Assembly (NCBI GenBank): GCA_002269645.1
Contig: NIVC01002783.1
Location: 1 to 64,000 of the forward strand
DNA length: 64,000 nucleotides
Reading direction: 5' to 3'
DNA from: Macrostomum lignano
Taxonomy: Eukaryota
Shown: positions 61,821-64,000 of the stretch, piece by piece
How the letters are laid out: each line of letters opens with the position of its first letter
How positions within the stretch are numbered: the stretch's first letter is position 1
Translations under genes and position numbers: made by a program
Notes under the pieces: generated by a model
Told to the model about the DNA's origin: nothing
Seen by the model: only the letters and a program-made list of their open reading frames with translations
Database searches by the model: none

Positions 61821-62909
61821 ATGTTCTCAGAAGCCAGAATGAGCAGCCAGTACGACTTGGACAACAACCTGGCTGTGCAGCTGCACTTCTACTCGCATCT
61901 CATCGCCTTCCCCATCCTGATCATTCTGGGTTCCGCCCTCAATACAGTCTGCATCGTGGTCATGCTCAAACAGAAGGTATTTCCTCCCTCAGCCAGCGCC
62001 TTCATGCTCTGGATCAGTTTCAACGACCTCCTCGCTCTTCTGTTGAAGGCTACAACCCATTTCCTGGAGGAGTTGGCCAGCTACAATGCAGACTGGTGGC
62101 CTTACCAACGAGGTTCGTTGAAGAACTCCAGCCTCCTGGCCTGTCAAGCGTACATGGCCATCACTTACTACTTTCTCTGCGGATGTCCGTTCTACCTAGC
62201 CGGCCTCACCTTGCAACGACTGCTCATCACTCTATTTCCTATTCGTCGGCCATCTGTGCGAGTCTCAATTGCTGTACTAGTTGTGCTCACCTGCGTGGCA
62301 CTAACTTTTCCGGTATTTCGCATCGTGCTGGTGGACTATCAACCGGACTCGAATGCGCCCTGCAACCTAACGAGCTTTGACAGTCCCATCACCAAAGCAT
62401 TCTATTATTACCAGACTGTTTTGTCTAATCTGTGCATATTTGCCTTTCTGCTATTCGGCACCGTGTGCATCTCTGGCGTGCTGTACTGTCGACGGCCCAC
62501 AGGACGGACACGCACTACTCAGCGCGTGTCTCGCACTCTTCTGCTGATGAACTTCAGCTTCTTAATCACCTACCTGCCTGTGGGTGTCTACCAGTTGGTC
62601 ATGGTCAGTATTGGCGGGGAGCCTAACAGTCACAGGGTATTATTTGGCTTCCTAAACTCAATAATGTACCTGAACTTTGCTTGCAACGGTCTCAGCTATT
62701 TGGCTAGTCAGCGGTTTCGCACCTGTGCAGTTCAGTTCTTTAGTAGTGCATGCGGCTCTTCCAGCGGAGCGCGTAACGGCTGCTGTTTGTGGCGATGCGT
62801 CACGGCTATGCGAGGACGACGAAGTCCAGTGGTCTCACCGCCCGACTGCTCGGCAAAATGCACTGCCTATAGCCAGGAACCCCATCACGTCCATGATATG
62901 ACCTACTGA
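61821..62909 (+). CDS. Intronless orphan rhodopsin-class (class A) GPCR, peptide/chemoreceptor-like
   Basis: Seven hydrophobic segments: GSALN (TM1), FNDLL (TM2), ACQ (Cys before TM3), LTLQRLLITLFP (DRY position), CNL in ECL2, LITYLP (TM6), NFACNGLSY (TM7), Cys-rich tail. The start could be 61821 or 61839; the ORF-track start at 61713 is probably upstream of the true start. Confidence 0.9.
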   Translation: MFSEARMSSQYDLDNNLAVQLHFYSHLIAFPILIILGSALNTVCIVVMLKQKVFPPSASAFMLWISFNDLLALLLKATTHFLEELASYNADWWPYQRGSLKNSSLLACQAYMAITYYFLCGCPFYLAGLTLQRLLITLFPIRRPSVRVSIAVLVVLTCVALTFPVFRIVLVDYQPDSNAPCNLTSFDSPITKAFYYYQTVLSNLCIFAFLLFGTVCISGVLYCRRPTGRTRTTQRVSRTLLLMNFSFLITYLPVGVYQLVMVSIGGEPNSHRVLFGFLNSIMYLNFACNGLSYLASQRFRTCAVQFFSSACGSSSGARNGCCLWRCVTAMRGRRSPVVSPPDCSAKCTAYSQEPHHVHDMTY

Positions 62910-64000
62910 TTGACGAGCAGCGCATCTAAAAGCAGACTGAACTGCTACATGTACTTTGCATACAGGTAACTCGTAAAATAAACGCGAAGCTATCTACTTG
63001 TGTTTGGTCTGCGTGTCTGCACATTGATTCAGCGACATTCTAACCCCGATTTTTTTCTGTACAATCCAATATAGTAAACATGCTTTTGGTTAATCATGCT
63101 GTAAAGTTCAAAAGTTGCATTCCTGACTCCCTAAAGCAAACTGTTTGAATTGTAATTTGTAGCTGTAATATGCCATTTAAACGGAATGCCTGTATCAACA
63201 AGAAGATCAAGCCACTGCACACCGATGCCTTTGAGCGCGTATGTGCATGTATGTATGTAACGGTGGCTATAGGTACAGGTGGAATAAAATATTTTTTTAA
63301 ATTTACGTACATGACTAGACTGCACAATGACGAAATGATTAAACCCAATATAATTTACACTGCATAATGTTTCTAGGAATGTTGACTTTCTCAGGTTCAG
63401 GTTAATTTTATTTAGAGTGTCAATGTGGTACATAGTTTCGGCCTGTAGCAATAGCCGCCAATGCATTATCCCCATCCGGCACTATAGGTACACGGCCCTA
63501 GCTTTCTCACGCACAAACTTACTATTAATGTGGCGAATGATTGCAATCAACATGAGAAGTTACATTGATGAAATATATGTTGTGTGGAATTCGCAAATTG
63601 GGGATAACGATTCTCATATTGAATTGAATTGCATGCATACAAAATACATGTGACCTTTATTTTATAATATTTGAAAAGTCGTAAATTGCCATTTTAAATA
63701 ATGAAGTTTAAAAAAATCTTTAAAGAAAACTAGAACGTTGGGTTAAAGTTAGAAGAAAACTTAACTTTTAAACCATGAAAAGGGGTATAATAAGTTATAA
63801 TGTTTAATACAAAAGTGCATAATCACAGCTGGTCACATGTTTCCAAGAAAGCAAAACCAATTTCTGCATTTTAATACGAGCTTATTGTTCCTTTTACAAG
63901 GCACAAGACTAGTAATAGAAAGTAGAGTAGTATTATCCTATAAACCCAGCACATACTAATATTTGAAATTTATCCTTTTTATATGTGGTGCATGCAATTG

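Overview
Eukaryotic (animal) genomic DNA: intron-rich and dense in minisatellites and small transposons. The style fits an invertebrate such as a macrostomid flatworm, but that is inference. I reconstructed four protein-coding genes by hand with phase-consistent splicing: (1) the 3' ten exons of a polycystin-1-like gene (+, <1-8211); (2) a complete 3-exon TMEM45-family gene (-, 10163-14252); (3) a stomatin/MEC-2-like gene (+, up to 29488-57947); (4) an intronless orphan rhodopsin-class GPCR (+, ~61821-62909). The stomatin gene has three candidate alternative first coding exons, a GC-AG intron and a tandem-duplicated pair of 56-nt exons that must be mutually exclusive. Mobile DNA includes a tyrosine-recombinase (DIRS/Ngaro-like) remnant, a Penelope-like GIY-YIG remnant between ~200-bp inverted arms with a 10-bp TSD, several MITEs with readable TIRs/TSDs (one nested pair) and tRNA-derived SINE-like heads. 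About 25 unrelated tandem arrays account for nearly all long ORFs in the supplied track; these are artefacts. The best leads are the stomatin mutually exclusive exon pair and multi-promoter architecture, and a minisatellite that has amplified the authentic 5' splice site of a polycystin pore exon 16 times.
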